The position numbers were made by a program, and so were the translations under genes. Below are positions 54,181-64,000 of a stretch of 64,000 bases of DNA, one piece after another (within the stretch, counting starts at the first letter, position 1; each line of letters starts with the position of its first letter). Origin of the DNA: Camelus dromedarius (Eukaryota); contig NC_087436.1 of the NCBI RefSeq assembly GCF_036321535.1, positions 57,104,001-57,168,000 of the forward strand, in the 5' to 3' direction. The notes beneath the pieces are model-generated. The model had not been told where the DNA came from. It saw only the letters and a list, made by a program, of their open reading frames with translations, and made no database searches.

Positions 54181-56752
54181 TTAAATGCAGAGGACAGAAA
54201 TTTTGTCTTTAATCTCTTTTTCTTCCTTTCTTCCCTCCTTCCCTTACTTCCTCCTTTTTAAAAAAGGAGTATATATTAGGTAAGCAGAAATATAATTAAA
54301 ATAATTTTGTGAATGAAATTCCTGTCCACCTAAATATAAACTTTGATTAAGTTAATACATTATTTGATAAAAATTAGAGAAAATTTAGGCATTCCACCTA
54401 ATGTTATAATCAGAAAGAAACACCAGTTATTCCAGAACAAATTAGTAGACATTTCTAAGACAAAAGCTCAGTTATTTTATCTGTTTTTTTTCCCCCTACC
54501 TCTGACATATTCCTCCTTTCTAATTGTGACATAGTCAATTGAGTATTTTAATCTCTGGGTTTTTTAATACTCACACCTACTTGTATTTAAAATAACATTC
54601 AATTTACTAAAGTCATAAATTTCAAATATAATCATGAATTTCACATTTTTATCTTCCCAAGTACTTCAAACAACTAATCAAGGAAGGCTTTAAACACTAT
54701 AAATCTTGGTAAGCATTTAACTGCTGCTTTCAGACTTGATAAATTTAAATTTAAGAAGTTTACTATTGGATTTTTTTTTTTAATACTTGAAAGAATGTTT
54801 ATAAACAAATGAAAGTATTTTACAATTTTCAACTTGAAATCACAGGTCTAATATCAGTCAAATTCACCTATACATTTCAAATTAAATTCATAAGTTTAAC
54901 AGCACTTAAACATTTCATATTAAATTACATATTTAATTTGTTAGATCATCAGGAATGCAGTAGTGCATGCCCGCCATTGTTGATGCCTGAGATGGTTAGG
55001 ACTTGGAAACTTTACCTAGGTACAGATTCTCAAGGGACCTGGACACAACTTACAGGATGATTTCCTCTCAAGTCCTGGGTTAAAATTATTTTTTACTGTA
55101 ATGTGACTTTCATATCCATGCCATTTTTTGCCGCCTGGTGCATTGCATTGGTAATTTCTGTCAGACCTTTTAATTGCCACGTCTATATAGCCGAGATTCT
55201 GCACCCCTATCAGAATTACAGCAAAATTCTTTACTACCTTATTTGACAGCACACCTATTATGTCTTTTATTTTTTTATGTGTCTTATTGACTACTTTCTA
55301 TAGTCATTTCTTGACAAAGCTTACTCTCAACTTCAGGTGTACATGCTTATGAATTCCTCAGTACCACCTCTAGACTGCCTTGCTGGGCTTTCTAGAAGCA
55401 AAGATCTGGGAGAGTTTGTTCAGTGCTTTCTGGAGTTGCACTAGGAAGTGAGCAGGATGGCACAATTTGGTGTTAGATTTCTAGCAGCATCTTTTCTTAA
55501 CATTTTGAGACTCTTCCTTTCTGCAAAGTACAGGCTTAGTACTCTCTTGTTTAAATAATTATTTTTATCTTCCCTAAGGATAGCCCTTGTAACAGAAGTG
55601 TTGGTTGCCTAACAGTCTTAAAAAATAATCTTCCTAATGGCAGTTCCTAAAAACCATTTAAAGAAGCTAGAGATCTGATTACCCAAAGTTAAGAGTCATG
55701 GTAGACAGCATGCCATTGGAAGAGCAATTGGATATTGTTCAGACTATGGAATCTCTTAAACATAAAAGAGATTTCCACCTCTCTATTTCATTCCATTTGA
55801 AGGACTCAGCATTTAAGTGATTACAATCTGCTGAATAATTTGAGACAATAGAGATTAATGTTGATCCTTGTATTGTTCTGAAGATCAGATGGGGTAATTC
55901 TTGTGTGAGTGCTTTGTAAATTATAAAGTGGTATGACAGTTGTAAGGTGTTATCATTTAAATTCTAACATTTATTGAGCACTTACCATAGGCTAGGCATT
56001 GTGCTAAGGGTTTATATGGCTTATATCATTAAATTATGTGGTTGCCAAATCTAGTTGCCCTGCAGATCTACACACATTCATGGTCATGAGCTCCCCATTT
56101 ACAAGTTATGAATCAGAAGATGTGGCATCATATCTGGATATTTACATCTTCCCAATCTCCTAAGGGATTACAATCTGAAGTCAGGTATTAGAACTGATGT
56201 AGTTTTCAGAATAACCCTGAGAGAAAATTACTAATTACTATTTCCATTTTTTCCCTCTTCATTGTAGAGCCAGAGTGGGCTATAAAAAATTAAGTATTTT
56301 CCCTTCTCTGAAAATTTCTATCATTGATAAGTCAGAATAACAAATTTTTGTTATTCCTAGGAAATGGAATGGAATTCTGTGTCCTCAAAAAGCCTATAGT
56401 CCAGTAAATACTAATGTAAATACCAAAGTCCAGTGAAATACTAATGAAATCTTAATACTAATAAGGGCTATGAAAGAGGCAAGTTTCAGCTAAAGCATTG
56501 GTGCAAAGAGGGAATGATCATCTCTGGAGAGAGTGAAGATTAGGGAAATTTTCACAGAAACATTCAAGCAGTCCAAGCATATGTATAGGCAAGGACTGTG
56601 AACCAGCACTGCATATTGAAAGAATAGCCATAGTTTAATTTGGCTATGGGGTAGGGTGTTTAACGGAAAAGCAGGGCTTTGGAATCTGACAAACATAGGT
56701 TCAGATTCTGGTTCTGCCACTTGACTAAGTGATCTTGGGTAAATTCACTTAG

Positions 56753-58387
56753 TGCTGTTGTCTGAATGTTTGTGTCCCCCCAAAATTCAAAAGTCAAAAT
56801 CCTAATTACCAAAAGTGATGATTATTAGTAGATGGGTCCTTTGGAGGTGAATAGGTCATAGGGTGAAGCCCTCATCAATGGGATTAGTGCTTTTATGAAG
56901 AGATCCCGGGGACATGCGGGACCCTGGAACCCCAGGACATGGAGGGGAAATACACGGCTTGGGGGAAATTGTGTTTTATCAGTTGTGTGAGCCATTTTTA
57001 TCTGCTCTTCCTGAATTGTCAGTGACAAAAAAAATGTGGGGATAAACCAGCCTTTGCACATCCAAACCAGTTTCCTCCCCTCAGTTGGAGGGAAGACCAG
57101 AACTTGTCCTGATTTAAAGGATTCACAAGTGACAGCTGACTTTAATACCCACATGGTTACTGTTCCCTTGGTTGTCACTGGTGTCCTTTGATATTTTTAA
57201 GTGTTTTACTTTTTACACTTTTTAAAAAATATCCAGTTGTTCAGTAAATTAGGGCAGGAAAGGTTTCACGTGTACATGTACTTTAGCCTTCTGATGCAGA
57301 CTTTCAGCCACTGAGCGGGGAGGGCTAGAGGTTTCCAGCAGCATTGGTCCTGCTCGCCTCACCTGCCGTTCTGTGACCTTCGTGTAGCCTGTGGGACGCC
57401 ACACCTGCTGTAGCCAAACTTACGGCGAGTACTGAGGCGGCGTGGGGTCCAGGGTCCCCTCTAAAGACGCTGCAGTGCTCCCCCGCCCACGGCTCACGAG
57501 TTCCGGGGATGTGCGAAGTTGTAAGAGGACAGTCCTGATTTTGTGTGTGTGTTGCACATCACCACGCACGTCGTTATATTCTTAGCTTCTGAAAATTAAA
57601 GAAGTAGACCTAGAAGATTGATAAGACATTTTGCCACTCTGACTTATTTAAGTGAAAGTTGGGTGACTTGCGTGGCCGCGCACTTGGAGGCGGTCAGCAC
57701 GGAGCGCATGCAGGTAACTGCTGCTTAGCCCACGGGTTCCCGCGCTGCTGCCAGCCGCGAGCCCCTCTGCTGAACCGGGCCCTTTGGGGCTGGGGCCTGG
57801 AGGGGTGGTAAATGGAATCTTAACCCATCATGTTGCTTGAAGTAGACAATTCAGGCACAAATAACAGTTAAAATGTAGCCTCATTAAACTGGTGAGGGTG
57901 CCTGTTGACAGGTACCCAAAAGAGTCTGCGGCCCAGTACCCGCCATCCCAATAGCCTAGACAGGAAGAGTGAAACGCCCGTCTCCCTGCGTGGCCTCCAT
58001 CCTGCTTCATTCTCGGGTTCATGTTGAAGGATGGCTTGATCATTTCATGTATTACCAATCCAACATGAAACAGGTTTTGGTTTAATTTTCAAAATATTGT
58101 ATGTGACACTATTAAAACAAGGGAGGGTAATTTGCCTCCATATGTGTTCTTGCTTTTTGCAAGTTTATTATGCACAGTTCTCTGCCCCTCTCCAGTAAGA
58201 TGTAGATCACTCAAATACTGGACACTAGTAAGAAAAAAAAATCAGTCTTGAAAAACTTGTAGTAGCCCCAAAGCAGGGGGAAAAAAAAAAGAGAGAGAAA
58301 GAGATCCCAAGTGAGGGATTCCACAAGTCTCACCTGGCCATTCTAGCACTCTAGTATTTTGTTATAGCAGCCCAAATGGACAAAGAC
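56753..58387 (+). mobile_element. MLT1A/A0 MaLR LTR split in two (56753-56907 and about 58299-58387), nested in a MIR
   Basis: 5' part ctgaatgtttgtgtccccccaaaattc...gccctcatcaatgggattagtgc and 3' end gtattttgttatagcagcccaaatggacaaagac match MLT1A0. MIR-like sequence on both sides. Confidence 0.85.
56908..58298 (+). pseudogene. Putative retroposed transcript fragment (3' UTR-like processed retrocopy), parent gene unidentified
   Basis: Flanked by perfect 10-bp direct repeat aagagatccc (56898-56907, 58299-58308). A10-led A-rich tail at 58281-58298. Interrupts a known LTR. CpG-rich, no recognisable ORF. Confidence 0.65.
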
Positions 58388-59223
58388 TTTTCACTTTCTT
58401 GAATCTCAGATTTTCAGCTAAGATGACAAAATCTATCTTTTGTAGTAAATGTTAATGGAAACTTTTTATAAATGAACAGACATTCATTTATTTTAACTTG
58501 AATATTGTACTGCTACTTTTACTGTTACTATAAGTCCTCTTTATGGAAAGCATCTGGGTTTTATTACCATAGTTAACTCTTGGAGTGCCATGAAAAAATA
58601 GGGGAAGTGTGTGAACAGATTGGCTTTCTACCAAGACTACTTTGTCAGTAAGAGAAGAATGAGTAAGAACACACTGGAGGCAAAGAGATCAATTCCTGGA
58701 CTATTTCTTACACTAGGTGAGGCATGATAAGGATATTAGTAATGATACTGGGAGTGGGGAGAAAAACATCCAGAAGTAATTAAGAGATAGTTTAACATAC
58801 ATAATATCATATACAATTATGTTAAAGATAAAACTAAGCATGAGACAAAATTAACAAAAACTATTCATAAATCTGCAGCAAGGGAATTCTCTGTCGTCAC
58901 TTTAATTTCAGCAGGCTTTCAGTGGTGTCAGGAAGACATGAGTTCATCATTTGAAAAGAGAATTCTGAGAATCTTTGACTGGGAAGCTTCAATTAAGGAG
59001 GGAATTTTGGAAGCAGGGGAGACTTTCTAATTGGTTTTCAGGTATATTTGGCAGTTGTTTGTTGGCCGTTAAGGGGGCAAGCAGCGGGGATCAGTTCAAA
59101 AGAGGCAGGATTGATTGCTCCGTATTAAGAGTGGAGGGTTTTCCATGGCTGGCCATTTCCTGAAACAAGCTAAGGCTGATGGCATGCTTTTTTGTAGTCA
59201 AATTGTCATCTCATTGTGGTCCT

Positions 59224-59813
59224 TGATACAGGAGGGAAAGGGGCAGGGCACAACCATTAAAGGAATGACACAGCAGTTGAGGACAGGACAAACTGGTTAG
59301 AACCAAGATGGTGGAAGATTTGACTTTCAGTAGACCTTGAGCCTCATGGCACACCCGCAGGCACCATGATGGTTCCTAGGCTGACCATAAGAGGTCAAAA
59401 AGTAAGTGGAGCCAGATTCCTGGAAATCCTTGTCCCTTCCCCGAAGTAGTTGGAATAATCCTCCTACTCGTTAGCATATGAAATTACTGAGCCCATAAAA
59501 CCAAACAACCCCACACCTTCTGGTCACTCTCTCTTGCCTTCTGAGATGGCCTGCACTCTGTCTTTGGAGTGTGTATCTGCTTTTACTTACTAAGCACCCC
59601 TACACCTCTTGATCTCTCTCCCTGTCACCTTTCTGAGATGGCCTTCATTCTGCCTATGGAGCATGTACTCTCCTAAGCCATTTTTCCCCTCTAAATGAGA
59701 CGGACCCCACTCTGTCTATGGAGTGTATATCTCTCTAAATAAACTTGCTTTCACTTTACTATGCCTTGCTCTTGAATTCTTTCCTGCACCAGGCAAGAAC
59801 CTATTCGACGACA
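59224..59813 (+). mobile_element. ERV1-type solo LTR (copy A), inside an older antisense LTR-like element (about 58820-59849)
   Basis: TG start, TATA-like cataaaa at about 59494, aataaa at 59738. Colinear similarity with the LTR at 59959-60579. Confidence 0.75.
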
Positions 59814-59958
59814 CTTATGGGGAGCGACTGCCATGGCAGGCAGTTTCTCAGTTATTTAATATGAAGATCAAAAAAATTTATCCATTTCACTAAGGGGGAA
59901 AAGCCCTCAAAATTTTTAGGTGGAAGAATGCAGTAAACATTATTGGGTATCATAGTAC

Positions 59959-60579
59959 TGATGCAGGAAAACAGATGTGGGGCATGAGAAGGGCTGTGTC
60001 CCAGGTCTCGGTTGAGCCCCTGGGACGTGCCCCGCCAAGTGTGGGTCCTTGGCTTTGCGCAGGAAAGAATGCAAGAGCTAGCCAGTTGAGTGAAGGTAGA
60101 TTTATTCAGAGAGATACATTGAAAGACAAGAGAAAGGCCACAAGGTGTGGGGGCTAGGTGCTCAGATTAAAAGTAGGTACACACTCCATAGACAGAGTGC
60201 AGGCCGTCTCTGAAGAAGGAGAGAGAGGGGCAGCCGTGAGGCTCCGTGTTGCTGGTTTTTATGGGCTTGGTGGCTTCATATGCTAATAAGTAGAAGGACC
60301 AGTCTAAGGGGAAGGGGCTGGGATTCCCAGGAAGTTGGCCATTTCCCACTCTTTGACCTTTTGTGGCTAGCCTTGGAGACTGCCATGGTGCCTGTGGGCA
60401 TGTTATTCACCATGTTAATATATTACAATGGGTGTATAATGAAGCTCAGGATCTACTAGAAGTTAAATCGCTCATCATCCTGAGCCTCAAGGCCTACTGG
60501 GGGTTGAATCTTCCACCATTTTGATGTTAACTGCTGTGGCATTCCTTGAGTGGCTGTGCCCTGTCCCCTTGCTATCTCA
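59959..60579 (-). mobile_element. ERV1-type solo LTR (copy B)
   Basis: TG...CA termini with 4-bp flanks gtac/gtat. Minus-strand cataaaaa and aataaa signals. Confidence 0.8.
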
Positions 60580-61428
60580 GTATCACTGTATGTGCTCAGA
60601 GCATATTTTTTTAGGGAAGATTTTTTAAAGATAGGCATTTTCATAGGCATATAGATGTGCCTGACACATATATTGCTGCTGAATGAATTCTCCAAGTCAC
60701 AATTAAGACCAATATCAATCTTAAATAATTCATCGTATCTGTTGTGGAGTTTTACTCAGAGCTCCAAGAGCAAAAATATTTTCAGATTCAAGTTAGTAAG
60801 TATGCGTGATGCACATGCTTCTGGACTAATATGTTGTTAAAAAAGAAGTGGAAAAGAGCAGGATAATTTAAAATTATGCTTTGAAGAAAAATTGGAACCT
60901 CTTTAATCTTACATGTACTTCAAATTGCTTTCATGTACTTTGTCTAGGTAATGCAAACTTTTCCATAAAAGAAATCCTGGCTAGAAAAATATGGCTGGTA
61001 AAGCAGTTTTCTAAAAGCTGCTGGAGATAAAAAATTAGTAATGTAACTACCCATCTAATTAATTCTGGGCACTATTAACAATTTTTTGCTTTCTTTGGCA
61101 GAAAGTATTCTCTTTTTCACTAATCTTGACTAATTTCAAGAGGATTCCTTTTGTTGTATAGGCAAGAAAGTGTTCTTTGCCTCCTTTATGTAACTGAGTG
61201 TCTTCACTTAAAGTGCCTTAAGGAAGAAGAAATTGCAGAGGAGGTAGGAGGAGAGAAACAAGAACCTGGCTAAAAGAACTTGCTTTTAACAGGCATATAC
61301 ATGAGAACCTTTCAGTCTAAGAACTTCTGGAGGGTGGGGTCATCCTGGGATTAATGATGAAGAGGTCTTGTCACCTTTGAGCAGGAGCATTTTTTTTTAC
61401 CTGTGGCTCTGCAACAAAGAGGCTATTA

Positions 61429-61458
61429 TGCTGCTGCTGCTGCTGCTACTGCTGCTAC
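61429..61458. repeat. Short interrupted (TGC)n trinucleotide repeat
   Basis: tgctgctgctgctgctgctactgctgctac. Confidence 0.85.
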
Positions 61459-62869
61459 GGCCTTTTTTTTCTTCCCAAAACAGAAGCTTCAAACAATGGC
61501 AGGGAAGCCAGGCAAAGGGGCCAGAGGGGTAGTTGCTCACTGAAAATTTCAGTAGCATTTTCAAGATAATTGACTTAATTACACACCCAAACTAAGTTGT
61601 TGTAATTTTAAGGGCACCACAATTAACAATGATTTATTTTAAAACATTGTAAGTAGTTCTTCGTTGTTTCCTTTCTGGAAAATAGATCTCTGAGGGAATA
61701 ACCAGGGCCCGAAATGTTTTGGGTCAAGACTTTGTGAAACAAAAGGCACTCTTGATTCAAAGATGGTGACAGATATTTGGAGTCAGGAATGTAGAGTCAT
61801 TCTGAGTATGACAAGTAAGAACTAAATAAAATATTTTCTAAGGCTATTAGTTATATTAGTTATATTTTACATACTACTCTAGATAAATGCAGTTTATTGA
61901 GTAGTTAAAAATAGGGTCTCTGGAGCCAGACTGCTGGAATTTATTGCTCAACTTTGCCACTAAGTGTGTGATCTTAAGTAGAACAAATAAAAACCATCTA
62001 TAATACCACTACTTGAGAAAATACAAAGTATTTACAGTGAGGGATGAAAGCAAACCTCTCCTCCATTAACCATTCTACATTTGATTTGTATCCATTTTAC
62101 CTTTTTTCCCTCAAAGTTATATACACCAGAATATAATAGTCACATGCATAATGCCAATAATAATTGTTTTCAATTTAAAAAATCATTTAATGAACTAACA
62201 TGGACAATTTCTAAGTTAGTACATACAAGTTTCTCATAAAAAAAGATGACTGTAGTATTTCTCAATCTTATTAACTATTGGCCTATTAAAACTTTTTTAT
62301 TGAGATATAATTGACATGTAACATATTGGTTTCAGGTATACAACATAATGATTTGATATCTGTATTCAGTGCGAAATGATTACCATAATATATCTAGTGA
62401 ACATCTGTCACCATACAAAATTAACTATTAGGATTTACCCTCTTGGCAATTTTTAAACATGCTCTACAAATTATTGACTATAGTCACCATGCTGTATATT
62501 GCATCCCCAGGACTTATTTTATAACTATAAACTTGTACTTCTTGACCCCCTTTACCTATTTTACCCACTCCCCAGCACTCCTCCCCTCTGGCAGCTACCA
62601 TTCTGTTCTCTTTATCTACAATTTTTGTTTTGTTTTATTTCATTTTGTTTACTTTTTAGATTCCACATTTAAGTGAAATTACGTGGTATTTTTCTTTCTC
62701 TCTCTGACTTATGTAACTTTGAGTAATGCCCTCAAGATCCATCCATGTTGGCAAAAATACAAGATTTCCTTTTTTATGGTTGAGTAGTATTCAACTACGT
62801 ATATTTATATATGTATATATACACATATATATCCCATCTTCTTTATCTATTCATCCATCAATAGACACT

Positions 62870-63473
62870 TGTTGGAGGAAAGGGTATAGCACTAGTGGTA
62901 GAGTGCATGCCTAGCATGCACAAGGTCCTGGATTCAGTCCCCAGCACCTCCACTAAAAAAAATAAATAAATAAAAACCTAATTACGTCTCCCCCTAAAAA
63001 AATTTTTAAAAAATAGCTGGTGTCTCAGGCAGTAAAAGAACTTACCAAAGGCAAAGAATGAGACTAGGAAAGGAGTTTATTAGGTTATGCTGCCATAGAC
63101 AACAGCGGGTCACACAGATGAGAGGTGCCTTTGTGAGCTCCGGGGGTTGGTTGCTGAGCTCTTTTATTGGGGGAGAAGTTGGTGAACATAATGGGTTGGG
63201 GGCTGTGTGATCAGTTTGTGCACAAGTTTTTGATTGGGTGTAGGTGAAGTCAGAAATTTGGGGTCCATGAGGGGGCAGTGGGGTTTATCGCTGAAACAAA
63301 CCAGCCTGAGCTATTGTGAGATTTACCTAGCCACATTACCTAGGGCTATTAGTTTGTTAGGACAAACATGCCCAGTAAATAATGTACTTTATCTGTTGAG
63401 GGATGCCAGGCAGATACCTGAGAGCCCGGGAATGGGGGTCATTGGACTTTAAAGGACATCAGTTTGCCCCACA
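62870..63473 (-). mobile_element. Solo LTR inside the L1, itself carrying a SINE
   Basis: TG at 62870 and CA at 63473, with perfect 5-bp TSD acact (62865-62869, 63474-63478). tttatt poly(A) signal at about 63077. Confidence 0.75.
62876..63014 (+). mobile_element. tRNA-derived SINE (camelid vic-1-like)
   Basis: gggtatagcactagtggtagagtgcatgcctagcatgcacaaggtcctggattcagtccccagcacctcc...acctaattac. Confidence 0.85.
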
Positions 63474-64000
63474 ACACTTAGGTCCTTTCCATATTTTGGC
63501 TATCCTAAAAAATACTGCAATGAATGTAGGTATATCTTTACAAATTAGTGTTTTTATTTTCTTTGGATAAATATCCAGAAGTGGAGTTTCTGGATCATAT
63601 GGTAGTCCTATTTTTAGTTTTCTGAAGAACCTCCATACTGTTTTCCACAGTTGCTGCACCAATTTACACTACCACCAGTAGTACACAAGGGTTCCCTCTT
63701 CTCCATATCCCACATCCTCTCCAACACTGGTTATTTCTTATCTTTTTGATAATAACCATTCTGTCAGATGTGAGGTGATATTTCATTATGGGTTTGATTT
63801 GCCTTTTGCTTATGATTAGTAATGTTGAACACCTTTTTATGTACCTGTTGGCCATCTGTATGTCTTCTTTGGAAAAATGTCTGTTCAGATCCTCTGCCCA
63901 TTTTTTAATATGATTTTTTTTGTTGTTACTGAGTTTTATGAGTTCTTTATATATTTTAGTTATTAACCCCATACCAGATATATGATTTGCAAATATTTTC

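Larger units (their letters stand above)
62292..64000 (-). mobile_element. L1 3' region (ORF2 C-terminal remnants), interrupted at 62870-63473
   Basis: ORFs 63664-63972 and 63459-63662 ([34 protein letters not shown]) are frameshifted L1 ORF2p. L1 3' UTR continues to about 62292. Confidence 0.93.

Noticed and set aside
56395..56462. Imperfect repeats of agtccagt(g)aaatactaatg as a CRISPR-like array
   Set aside because: Only two degenerate copies with no unique spacers, in mammalian DNA; a simple local duplication.
57300..58020. Second CpG-rich block as the promoter of another gene
   Set aside because: It lies inside a TSD-flanked insertion within an LTR, and I found no downstream coding exons. 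An imported sequence explains it better.
61429..61458. CTG/CAG repeat as a coding poly-Gln/Ala/Leu tract
   Set aside because: Short, interrupted and not in any supported exon or ORF.

Overview
Mammalian, AT-rich, repeat-dense genomic DNA. It is probably camelid (alpaca/llama/camel), inferred from four copies of a vic-1-like tRNA-derived SINE; I recognised no Alu, Bov-A/BovB, PRE1 or Can-SINE. The only protein-coding gene is the 5' part of SMARCAD1 on the minus strand. It has a CpG-island promoter at about 25.6-26.2 kb with two candidate non-coding first exons. Four coding exons follow (CDS parts 25128-25317, 10795-10972, 3801-3972, 842-908). They splice in frame to give the first 202 codons, including the CUE1 region, and the gene continues beyond position 1. 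The 38 kb upstream of the promoter is intergenic: L1, L2, MIR, MaLR/ERV LTRs, a degenerate ERV1-type provirus remnant and DNA transposons. I found no evidence of a new multi-gene system. The most unusual object is a ~1.4 kb CpG-rich, A-tailed insertion with a 10-bp target-site duplication (56908-58298). It looks like a young retroposed transcript fragment of unidentified origin, nested in an MLT1A LTR that is itself inside a MIR. Repeat family names come from recalled consensus sequences, not a search, and repeat boundaries are approximate unless termini or TSDs are quoted.
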